From: Fimicolochytrium jonesii
Taxonomy: Eukaryota
Direction: 5' to 3'
Assembly: GCF_025526975.1 (NCBI RefSeq)
Contig: NW_026515671.1
Span: 1,736,001 to 1,787,891, forward strand
DNA: 51,891 nucleotides
Below the pieces are notes generated by a model. The model was given only the letters and a program-made list of their open reading frames with translations, had not been told where the DNA came from and searched no databases. Positions 23,417 to 35,551 of this stretch are shown here, one piece after another. Position numbers and translations under genes: made by a program. The first letter of the stretch is position 1. Every line of letters begins with the position of its first letter.

Positions 23417-25229
23417 ATGGCCGACCACCAATCCTCAGCATTCCCAGACGTCTCTTCCTTACCCAACAGAGACCTCTATGCCGTGCTCGAGGTGGATAGG
23501 ACTGCGGACGAGGATACTATTCGGAGGGTGAGTTGAGGGATATAGGGGCGGAGAGGGGAATGCGGAGTGGAGGGGTTTGGGACGGAATGGGCGCTGTTTT
23601 GTGGAGTACATGGATAGCCAGCATTTGGTTTTTTTTAAGAGCCATGAGTTGCTCGAACTTCAGCGTATACTTTGCACCGTAAGATGCAGGGATGCTCGAG
23701 GTTTTCGCAAGTCCTGCGGCACGAGGACGAGCAGCTGCCTGAGCACCGGCGAGCTCAACTGCGGCGAGCGCCAGCGAGGAACCGCGGATGCTTGAGGAGT
23801 GAAGAGAGGTCGAGCCTATAGCGTACCGCTGCCCGGACATCCGTATCGCTTTTGTGACCGCACACTCATTCCCTACTCTCTGTCACCCAAATAGGCATAC
23901 CGGCGCAAAGCGTTGAAATGCCATCCCGATAAGGTGGGCAATACGCCCGAGAACGTTGACCGGTTCCAACTGGTGCAGAAGGCCTACGATGTGCTCAGTG
24001 AGTGTGAACGAACAGAAACAATTCCATTTTGACCTATGCTAAGGCTTTACCCTCCCTTAGGCGACCCTAAAAAGCGCCAGGTATTCGACAAATACGGCGA
24101 ACGTGGCGTCGCCATGATGGACTCCATGGGCAACGTCTTCCCCTTCGTCGACCCCGAATTCCTCCTCGCAGTCAACACCTTCTTTATCCTTGGCTCCCTC
24201 CTCGCCGCACTCCTCATCATCTTCCCCGCCCTCATCTCCGTTCGGGCCGACGGCAGAGTGTCATGGAAATGGAGCGTGGTCTCAATACCCCTGTTCATCC
24301 TCGACGCGTGTCTTCTGTTGGTGTTATGGCGTCTCCGCGCATCAGCGGAACCTGACGCGGCGGTACATCACGCCGAGATGAACGAGGGGGAGACGTTCCA
24401 GGAGCGAGATCGGAGAGAAAAGCGGAAACGAATGAAAGCGTCCGGCAGTGCGTTTGTCAAATGGCTGCTGTTCCTGCTGTTACAAATCTTCATCATCGTC
24501 CGGCTGGACGACACAGTGGACTGGAACTGGGGCATCGTATTCGCGCCATGGTTCATCCTCGAAGCCGTCTCTTTCATCGACCACATCGCGTACGTCAACC
24601 GCCAGATCCGCGAAGGTGCCTCGGACCATATGATGGACCCGGACGCCGAGACGGGCGAGATCGCAAATAGAAAATACTCCACGGAAGAAAAAGCCGTGCT
24701 GGTCTTTGACGAGTTCAGAGGCTGGACGCTGCGGATCATCCAACTCGCTGTCCTGATCCCTAAATTCAACGGGACAACCGACGCATCGTGGGGGTTGCTG
24801 TTCCTCCCCACGTGGCTCTGGATCGTCGTGGAAGCGTTGTCGATCACCCTCGGCGTGGTCGTGATCAAACGCGCGGCACGCAGAGCCGGCCGCTCCCAGA
24901 TCCCTGAACTCGCCACCATCGTCACGTTCCGCATCGTGCTCGCCTCCCTCATTGCCCTCTTCCTCTATCTCTTCACCGGCCTGCTAGTCAAGCGACTCCA
25001 AAACGGCGGCGTACCCTCCCCATCGACGGCGGTGATTCTCATCCCGGTGTTTATTATCGCCAGTTTTGTGTTTTGCTGTTGTTGCTGCTGTGGGCCGTGT
25101 GTCGTGGGGTGTATCAAGATGGACTTTGAGGCGCAGTTTGAGAAGGAGGGGGACGGGCAGATTAGCTTGACGAATCGGAGGATTACGTATAATGCGACCG
25201 ATGCACCGTCGTCGTCGTCGTCGCGGTAG
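23417..25229 (+). CDS. DnaJ (J-domain) protein fused to a multi-pass TMEM185-like membrane domain with a Cys string
   Basis: DLYAVLEVDRTA..TIRR|AYRRKALKCHPDK...AYDVLS|DPKKRQVFDKYG; repeated W-x-W-xx-V-F-x-P-x-F/W TM motifs; CCCCCC near the C-terminus. Confidence 0.85.
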
Positions 25230-25699
25230 GTTGAAAGGGAACGTGTCCTCAAAGCGTTGCATTCCACATACATATAAGGCGGCCTCGCATACACACATAA
25301 TCTTGTGCCTTTCCCGCTTTCTTCTTCCCACTCCGGAAGTGTATATATTGCATATATTTGGGTTTGCGGAGGAGCTTCTCTTGTTTGGGTTGGCAAACGG
25401 CAATTAAACTAGATGCTCGCACGTGACATGTTCGATGTCCACGTCCCGCCCGTATGTGCGGCGTCCCTCCGGCGTCCCTCTTGATCTGGGATGGAATGGG
25501 CAGCACTCCCATAACCGCACGCGAAGGCCGCAATTTTGCCATCCCACGGTACGGCAGACGCCAGTTCATCAGCGCTCGCTACCGTTCTCAGCATCAGCAG
25601 GGACAGCGGCCTCGTCTTCGTCCGCCCCGCCATAGCCGCCTTACGTCGGACTCCTTAAGAACCTTTTCGACTTGCCGCCTCTAGGACCTCAAAGCGAAG

Positions 25700-28600
25700 A
25701 TGGCCGACGTCAACTCCTACACGCTCATCCAGCAGGATGGTACGTGGCAACATTCGGACGATAACCCGCCCTCTCGAATACAGGAGCTTTGGCTGTCTTT
25801 GACTAACCTCTGACTTCGCTACAGACGATAAGGAGCAACCCACCGTACAAGAGCTGCGCAAGCAACTCGAAACCCAAAAAGAGGACCACAAGATCGAAAC
25901 CATGAAGAAGATCCTCCTCATAATGCTCAACGGCGACCCGCTCCCCCAACTCCTCATGCACATCATCCGTTTCGTCGTGCCCTCAAAGAACAAGCAGCTC
26001 AAGAAACTGCTGCTCATCTACTGGGAAATCTGCCCCAAAACCGACGCGGCGGGGAAGTTGAAGCAGGAGATGGTGCTCGTGTGCAATAACCTGCGGAACG
26101 ACCTTTTGCATCCGAATGAGTTCATCCGGGGCAGCACGTTACGGTTCCTGTGTAAATTGCGGGAGGCCGAATTGCTTGAACCGCTGATCCCGGCAGTGAG
26201 GACGTGCCTGGAACACCGCCATGCGTACGTGCGCAAGAACGCCGTGCTGGCCATCTTCACCATCTCGAAACACTTTGAGTACCTGATCCCGGACGCACCC
26301 GAGCTGATCCACACTTACCTCGCCTCGGAAACGGACCAGAACTGTAAACGCAACGCGTTCATGATGCTGCTGAACACCAACCAGCAACTCGCGGTGCAGT
26401 ACCTCAACTCCGTGTTCAACCAGATCCCGGCGTTCGACGAGCTGCTGCAATTGTCGGTCATCGAGCTGATCAGGAAAGACTACAGGAGCGCGACGGCGGA
26501 TAAGGCGAAATACATCCAGAGCATCTTCCAGCTGCTGCAATCGTCGGCCCACTCGGTCAAATATGAGGCGGCCAACACCCTCATTGCGTTGACATCCCAC
26601 ACATCGGCGGTGCGCGCCGCGGCGGCATGCTATGTCGAACTGGCTCTGAAGGAGTCGGATAACAACGTCAAGCTGATTGTGTTGGAGCGGCTGAATGAGC
26701 TGAGGGAGAACCATGGCAGGATATTGGAGGATTTGGCGATGGATATTTTGCGGATCTTGAAGAGGTAGCGTCCTTGTTTCGCATCATACGGGGGAACTTC
26801 CGTGAAGGAATGGTTGTGATGAACAACACTATGTTCAGCCCGGATATCGCCGTAAGGAGAAAGTGCGTCGACATCGCGCTGGAAATGGTTTCCAACCGTA
26901 ACGTCTCGGAAGTCGTCGGTCTGCTAAAACAGGAGCTTGTCAAGACACATGACGAGGAGTACGAAAAGGTAGGCCCCGACTCGTGCCACATCAACCCTGA
27001 TTGGGGTACCCCCGGACTTACGAAATCAACACGCCTCGCAGACGAACGAATACAGGCAGCTCCTCATCAGCGCCATCCACTCCTGCGCCATCAAGTTCTC
27101 CGAAGTCGCCGCGGATGTCGTCCACGTCCTCATGGAGTTCGTCGGGGAGTCGCATAACGCTGCTGCTGTGGATGTTATGGCGTTCGTTCGGTAAGAACCT
27201 TCTTTGCAACTCATGATCTCGTCATGCGGAGGACATATATGCTGATATTTTGGGAAATCGCTGTAGAGAGGTGATGGAAAAGTTCCCACACCTGCGTTCC
27301 AGCATTGTGGGGAAGCTGTTGGACACGTTTATGGATATGAAGAGCGGGCGCGTGTTTAGGGGCGCGTTGTGGATTATTGGGGAGTATGCGTTGGATACGG
27401 ATGGTACGGTTGGCTTTTGCCTTTGAGATGGTTGGGTTGGAATGAGGGAATTCAGGTGGAGGACAGTGACTGATTGCTGCTTTTCCTTTTAGCTATTGAG
27501 CATACGATGACCCAGATCCGGAAGGCGTTGGGCGAGATACCCATCCTTGCGTCAGAACAGGTATGGTTTGCGTTTGGCGTGTTAGGTTGGGATGGCTAAG
27601 GCTCTCTACATCGGATCTAACGAATGATAACCCCTTCACAGCGCCTATTGGACGAAGCACAAGGAGGCGAGCCTGCCGCTCCCGCTGACAGTCCGACGGT
27701 AAAGACCGCGCCTACACCCGCTCGCCGCGTGCTTGCCGATGGGACGTATGCGACCGAGAGCGCGTTGACGTCGAACTTGGAGGCTGTTAAGGCGGCGCAT
27801 AAGCCCCCTCTTCGCGGTATGTCTCCGAGTTGCATCGCATTGGTCGCGAGTGCGTGCGTGTGGAGTGAATAACTCACCACATTCGCCCCTTCACAGCCCT
27901 CATCCTCAACGGCGACTACTTCCTCGGCGCCGTCCTCTCCACCGCCCTCACAAAGCTCATGCTCCGCTACGCCGACCTCAACACCGCCGACACCGCCCGC
28001 GGCAACGCCCTCCGCTCCGAAGTCATGCTGATCATGACCAGCATCATCCGCGTCGGGCAGTCCGAGTTCCCCACCCAGCCCATCGACGAGGACTCGCGGG
28101 AGCGGATTTTGACGTGTTTGAGGACCCTGTCGGCTGTGCCGCAGGACGATGTGCTGAGAGAGGTGTTTTTGAGGGATTGTAGGAAGGCGTTTACGAAGCT
28201 TGTTGCGTCGCAGGAGGTGGGGGATACGTCCTGGATCGTGTTTTGGGCCGTTTGGCTACTGAATTCTGTCGGGCTGATTTTACTTTTGCATTCCGGTTAG
28301 TACACGAAGAAGAAGAAGGCGACGCAGAAGAAGGAGGTCAAGGTGCAGGCTGACGACGCGATCATATTCCGGCAGCTGAAGTCGAAGCGGAATGCGCAGG
28401 ATGGGACCGACGAGGTAACGCCACGCGGAACTTTTCGTCATACTTGTGATTATGAGTTGGGAGAGTTTGGGGTCTGATTTTCGTCATATGGTGTTTTTAG
28501 TACGATCTTGACATCACACGAGCAACCGGTGTCGGCGAGCGCGCGGACGATTTGGCGTCGAAGTTGAGTCGCGTGATTCAGTTGACTGGTATGCCCCGAG

Positions 28601-29821
28601 ATTGTGAAGATTTGTGAAACTACGGGACTTGCTAAGCGTGGAAGTGCTCATGCTACCTTCTGTCGTTCCTTTCAGGATTTTCGGACCCGGTCTACGCGGA
28701 GGCATACGTTACCGTGCATCAATATGACATCCTGCTAGGTATGAAGTCAACTCATATTATGCTGATCATGGGGAAGAACATACGTTTCGAATGCCCGTTC
28801 CTAATCTTCATAACCCCTCTTCCGCCCCAGACATCCTCATCGTAAACCAAACCAGCGAAACTCTCCAAAACCTCACCGTCGAGTTCTGCACCCTCGGCGA
28901 CCTCAAGCTCGTCGAGCGGCCCGCCCCACATACCATGAGCCCGCACGGGTTCCATGGGATTAAAGCTAACATCAAGGTACGCTAAAAGCCATATGCCCCC
29001 CCACACTTTTCATCACAACCATCATCATGATTGACTTCGTGGGCTATGCACAATAGGTCTCGTCAACGGAAACTGGCGTGATATTCGGCAACATTGTGTA
29101 CGATGGCCCGTCGGCGACGGACATGAACTGCGTGATTTTGAACGATATACATATTGATATCATGGATTATATCAAGCCCGCTACATGTACTGAAACTCAG
29201 GTGAGGAAGATGAGTTTTGGTGGCGGTGGGGATGTGAGCGGGAAGAGGGTGAGTGTGTGAGGGAGGCTGACATCGTTTGTGCGATTTTTTTTGGCAGTTC
29301 CGGATGATGTGGAGCGAATTCGAATGGGAGAACAAAGTCAATGTCAACACCAACATCACGTAAGGCCCATAAATCCGGTACCGCACCCCGCCTGGCATCC
29401 CTGAATTTCCAAACTAATTCAACCGCTCCCTCCCTCCCTCCGTCTTCGTTCCCACAGCGACATCCGCGCCTACCTAACCCACATCCTCAAATCCACCAAC
29501 ATGAACTGCCTCACCCCGGAAAACGCGCTCTCAGGCGAATGCGGCTTCCTCGCCGCCAACCTGTACGCGCGCTCCATATTCGGCGAGGACGCGCTCGCCA
29601 ACATCTGCCTTGAACAAATCGCATCTCCCGCTGCTGCTGCTGCATCATCATCACGTGGGGATGAGACGACGACCGCAGGCAGTGCTGCGACGACGATCAC
29701 GGGACACATCAGGATCAGAAGCAAGACGCAGGGGATTGCCCTGAGTCTTGGGGATAAGATCACGTTGAGCCAGAAGAATGCGAGGGTGGCGGTTGTGGGG
29801 CAGAGTCCGGCTTATGCGTGA
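25700..29821 (+). CDS. SEC26: Coatomer subunit beta (beta-COP), multi-exon
   Basis: [102 protein letters not shown]. Confidence 0.97.
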
Positions 29822-30827
29822 AGAAAGCATTGCGGGCTTTGCTGGGGGTTTTTTCTTATGTATTACCGCTGTGAATAGGGATTATCTGCTTGATTTGGGA
29901 ATTGCCATTCTTGTTTGCTTTGGCATGTGCTCCCACGACCCTGAGGTTGTTGGGTGATGTTCTGCTATTGGGGATGTGGGGAATGGCAACATAAAAAGCG
30001 GGAGTTTCACAGTGCTTTTAACAGCCGCCCCCTGCTCTGCCCCGGGGTGTGTCGTCGACTCGTATGGATATCCTAGTAGACTGAGTAAAACGTTCGGCTT
30101 GTCTGACAAGGTTGGCGCGTGCATGTCGTCCCATCACGCGAATGACCTAACGCGCAAAGACCTGCTTACCCGTAGCCCGGTACTCCCGCGCGTCTGCCCT
30201 TGCTCTCGTCCCCTCGCCCCGCCGCCCTCCGTGCCTCCGAGAGACGGGGCTTGAACAAGAAGCTTCCCTTCTCTCGAGCCAACCCGCCACATCTTTACAA
30301 CCTTCTCCTGTGAGGTCTTCTCCCGCCGTTCTGTGGGAAAGCCACATGCATGATGCTTCTGCGCCCCGTCTCGGTTCGTCGCATCGTGGACACCCCCGGG
30401 CTCAACTTGGATGCCCCGGACTCACTCTTGCGAAGGAAGGGGAGGTTTGGTGATGGTTCGAAACGCCCCGGGATCTTGGAAGATCGAGGCTTGAGCTTTC
30501 AGACCAAAGAAGTTCTTTGGCTAGCGCTGTCCATTCTTTTGTATTCCGAGTGGAAGCGGAATTGGAAGGACGGTCGGAATACTCGCCCGCAAGGTACGGT
30601 AGATCTACGCCGCCACGAGATATGCGCGCTAAGCGCTGTCGCCACTAGGAGGAGGGGACCAGGCACTTAAACGGTGGATGCCCGTTAAGCCGCCTTCCTC
30701 GTCCAACGGGGAAGATACGAACAGACTGATTGCAAGCAGCGAATTGGGCTACGACCTGTACCGCCTTGATCACCGCAATACAGCATCCGTCTCAACACCC
30801 TCGATTTTACGTCCTCCAAACTGCAAG

Positions 30828-32633
30828 ATGCTGCGAACGATGCCGTTACATCAAGCCAAGCACGCCTTCACCTGGCTAGCCCTGTTCATCCTCCTCCTCC
30901 CCAACCCCCTCAACGCCGCCCCCCTCTCCCTCCTCCCCCGCTCCATCTCCTACGCCGGCCAACAAGTCCTCACCTGCAACCTCACAACCCCCTCCCACCT
31001 GGACCTGATCCGCGACTACACCATCGACGTCTGGTCCGACGACTCGGTCGCTGTCCTCAACAGCCCTCTCGAGCTGCGGGCGGATTTCCAACAACGTGAG
31101 GCGCTTTTCAATGCTGCGGTGGAGTGTGAGATTGTTGTGGAGGATCTGGACGCCGCCATCACCGCCAACTACGCCGAGGACACCGATACCGGCGGCGTAA
31201 GCGCGAACAGCGTGCACGCGCGCGCGGACATAGACGAGTTCTTCACCAAGTACCGGACGTACGCGGACATCAAGGCCAAGATCGCCGAATGGGCCAAGAC
31301 GTATCCCGACCTGTTTACTGATTATGGGTCGATCGGGAAGACGAGTGAGGGGAGGGATATCCCTGCGTTCAAGATCGGGAAACCGCCCGCGAAACCCAAG
31401 GCGGGGGTGGTCCAAACGTGTAGTAGTGCGAGCGGTGCGGGCCAGACGTTGGAGAGACGGATGTGGGCGGAGGAGACCCCGCGAGTGGTTCCGTGGGGGT
31501 GGCATTTGCACCACCCCGGGTGTGAGTGTGAAGAGCATATGACGCCTACTTCAACATCACCGTCGGTTTCGAGCACACCCACCACCCCGCCTCCAGGCAC
31601 GACTACCACCCCTCCACCCGTCAGCACATCCACATCCACATCACCATCCACAAGCACCCCCGTCTGCGCTACAGAGACCCCCAAACCCTCCATCTGGCTC
31701 AACGGTGGGATCCACGCGCGCGAATGGATTTCCCCCGCGACCGTGATGTTTCTCGCCTACGCGCTGCTCACCGGGACGCCCGACCCCGCGTTCCCCAAAC
31801 TACTGGACACGGTCGATTTCTTCTTCACGCCGGTGTCCAACCCGGATGGCTACGTGTATACGTTTACGACGGATCGGATGTGGCGGAAGAATCGGGCCCC
31901 GAATGAGGGGAGTAAGTGTATTGGGGTGGATTTGAATCGGAATTGGGATGGTGAGTGGGTTTCCGGATTGCGTTGGGAGTTCCGAGGAGATGGAGGGCGC
32001 GGCCTGACGCTTTGCTGGTTTTCTTTTTGGTGCAGAGCATTGGAATAAGATCGGCACGGGGAAGACCCCGTGTGAGGATATCTGGGCGGGGTCGGGCCCG
32101 TTCTCGGAGAAGGAGACCAAGGCGCTTTCGACGTTCGTGCTGACCAAGATCCCGAACAGAATTGCTGGGATTGATTTCCATAGCTTCAGTCGTAAGTAGA
32201 GGGTGAAGGGGGGGGGGGGGGGGAACATCTTGCACATCGCGAGACCGTCAGGCCATCTGACATCTCCATTACCAAAACAGAGCTCATCCTCACCCCCTGG
32301 GGCTGGACCAAAACCCCGCCCAACCCTCCCGCCTACTACTCCAACCTCGGCAAGAGCATCGCCGCCGCCATCAAAGCGCAATCCGGCGTCATCTACACTC
32401 CCCAACTCGGCGCCGACCTCTATTTCGCGTCAGGCACCGTCGACGACTGGATGAACGCAAAGGCCAAGATGGTGGGGCTGACGATTGAGTTGCGCGATAC
32501 GGGCAGGAAGGGGTTCTTGCTCCCGGCGAGCGAGATTGTGCCGACGGGGAGCGAGATGGTGGCGGGGGTGACGGCGTTTGTGGCGTATGTGGTGAAGAAT
32601 CCGAGAGAGGAATTGAAGATTCCTGACAGTTGA
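30828..32633 (+). CDS. Secreted zinc carboxypeptidase (M14A) with propeptide
   Basis: Signal peptide; GGIHAREWIS, NPDGY, WRKNR, GVDLNRNW, DFHSFS, ASGTVDDW, TIELRD; two introns near 31952 and 32192. Confidence 0.92.
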
Positions 32634-35551
32634 TTGGAGGGAAAGGGGGTTGTGAGGATGTGTGGATAAGGATCTGTATTTCTATGTGAAGAATGTTGTG
32701 AAGACCGACGATGATACCTATAGATTATGCCTACTGTACATTGACTGTATTTTTGCTATGTAATATATATAAGGAGGTTCGGAGTCAACCCATCGTTGAC
32801 GGGGTGGCCTCAAGGAATGCAGGGTGGGCCTTCTGGTGTAATATTAGGTGCCTGCCCCGTCGCAAAGGGCGTCAACGAACGCGCGCATACTGTCGACACG
32901 TTCGCAGAGGGGAAGGCGGCAGCACTGTCAGTGACACATCGCATCCTTCCACCTCATCGTGAACTACCACCTTCAGGACACACTATCCACAGAGCATCTG
33001 CCAAGTAAATCACGACTCGGGCAAACCCGCCGGCCGACAAGATGCGACACGCGAAGACGTACCATCAATCATTGCCTGCGCATCTAACCGCTGCAAGTTT
33101 CGCAGAGTATGGAGATCCGCTCGTTGTATGCTCTGTTCCTGGGCTTCGCATGCCACGAGCATAGACTCTGTGTCGTCCGCATAGCCTGATCAAGTGTATG
33201 TCCACTGCGGTTCCGCCATGTCATCCGACGACTCCCCGTCCAAAATATCTGCCGCAGGAGTAAATGCCATTCACAATATGTTGCCGAAGTGAAAAGGTAA
33301 TATGAATGCGCTAGCAGCTGCAGCTTCGGAGGATGGACTAGTCTGATTGAACGACGGCGCTGTTGTGACGCTCTGATGTGCCGGGGTAGACAAAGGCCCA
33401 TGCACAACTGAATGCATTTGTGCAGGCGGTCCTCTACCCCAAAGGGTACCGCAACACAACTGTTGCACCCTCCGGAACTCATCTGCTCGCAGCTCGGGGA
33501 AAACGTTCACATAGCGGAAATTGCACCTTTCGATTAAGGGGTCCATACCATTGAAGGGGACAACATACGCTTTGCGCGACAAACAGATAGTAAGGAGAAA
33601 ACCCATCCAGACCGAACGTATCTGGTCCAGTGGTTCTGACCGCACGAGTAGAGGATGGGTGAATTCGATTTGAGGTGTGTGGGCGAGGGGAATGAAATAG
33701 CGACGACGGATAGGAGACTCTGGGAAGGCTCCCCGCAGGGTGTGAAGGCGGCCGTCCTTGTAGAGGGATGTTGCACAGAGGACTTGACCGTCGCCATGGC
33801 TCGGGGGGAGCAGCGAGAAGGAGAACGGAGGTGATCTCCCACTGGTAAAAGCGTCCTGGTGCTGCTGCTATCGACTAGCCGGGGGAGTGGTTATGTGCGG
33901 CCGGCGGATGCCTTCTCCCGATAGCTTTCGTGAGTAAAGGGGGCCGAAGCGAGGGAGTCCTGGGGGGCCGTTCGCGTGTTACGTAAGCACCCTGGAAAAC
34001 TCCGCTCTCAAGTGCTCGCGGCGGCTGCTGCTGATGGCCTGTTGACAAACTGAATTTGGAGACGGAGTACCAATCCGCCCAATTCCATCGGCGCCCCAGC
34101 ATTGCAGGCAAGGCTGCCAGAGGTCAGAGGCCCATGTTGGCTGGACGTACTGTCGTACCCATCCGTTTTCCGGCACGGATTAAGGGAGACCTCAGTTGTT
34201 CCACAATCCATTCTGGCAACCTTGCTTACCCAGGCCTAACGTAAGGTCGAGAAAGCTATACTGAGCCTTGGGTGACGTGGCAGGGACAATTTGTCGTAGT
34301 CACGGCCGGGTCGAAGCCCTGGATCTGGGGTGCCACGTTTGGCAATTTCACTTACGGTTTCCCGGTTTGCTTTCCCCTCCATAGTGCGAGAGCTTGCCAA
34401 TCGGGTAAAGAGAGGTCAGGAGGGAATATCTGGCAGCAAACGCAGACTGCAGTGCTGAGCATGTCCGATGCGACGCGGGAACATCCTGGCCAGCTTCTGG
34501 GTTCGGGTTGGCAGGTTTAAGGCGCCATTACCTGATGCGACACCTGATGTTTTGCATCGGAAACAGAGCGTCCGTGTTCTTCCCCTCCCGTAATAGTAGA
34601 CCTTAAAAAGCGACGAATGCGACAAGTTAACCACGGGCGCGAGGAGAGGAGGGCGTGAGATACGCGCCAAGACGGATCGGAGGGCTGAATCACCCTGAAC
34701 TTTCCTTTATCCTTTTATCAGCGGTACTTATCCTTTTTACGCAGCGGTACTTTTTATCCTTTTTCTTGCTCACATGCTCGAAAGTGCTGCGACGCAGCCT
34801 GGTTTCTGCAACTGTGATCGGTTTTCATGACGAGCTCGCCGATGCGTCCTCAATCCCATGTCGTGCCTCTTCCAACTGTATCTCACATCGGGACGCTCGT
34901 TAACCTTCATCGTATCCGATACTTCCAACGCATGTCGGAGGAATGTCCTTACATGCCTCTATAAGTTCAGCATGGAGACGTTGACAAATCATCCCGGGGA
35001 AACCGTTTTGAATTAACGTCAACCCTGGTGGGGGATAACCCTGGGGTATCACTCGCCAACCTGCGCAGCTGACGGCTGGGTGTTGACGCGTAACAAAGGG
35101 CGGAAGCAAATCGAACTTGCAGGATCACTGTCAAATCGGGGATGGAATGAGATGTTCCCCATTCCCTTTTTTCTATTGTACTTATGGTCCTCCTTAACGA
35201 TTCGCGGCTAGCCGATGCAAGGGTCTACCGACGATAAAATCAGCAAATGCACATTAGATCGCTTTCCTTGAATGCCATTCTCCCTGTCGTCTGGACTATC
35301 CCTCAGCTGAATGCGTCCACACCCGTCTGAACTTCCTTCCGGGATGGCGGGTTCTTTGAGAAGGAGCTTTTGTTTATTCCATTGCTGTCGGTCTGTGTCG
35401 ATCGAGGAGAGACCATGCCCCGCACATAAGCTGCTCAGGAGGGGTATATAAGGACGGCGTCCCATTGGAGCACGCCGGCATCCCTTTGATTTGCAATGCA
35501 AGCCCCCGCTAGCATACCATCGTACCGTCTATCGTCAACGACCAAGCTGAG

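Noticed and set aside
32700..35400. Many short ORFs, possibly a decayed gene
   Set aside because: No recognisable motifs or consistent splice pattern
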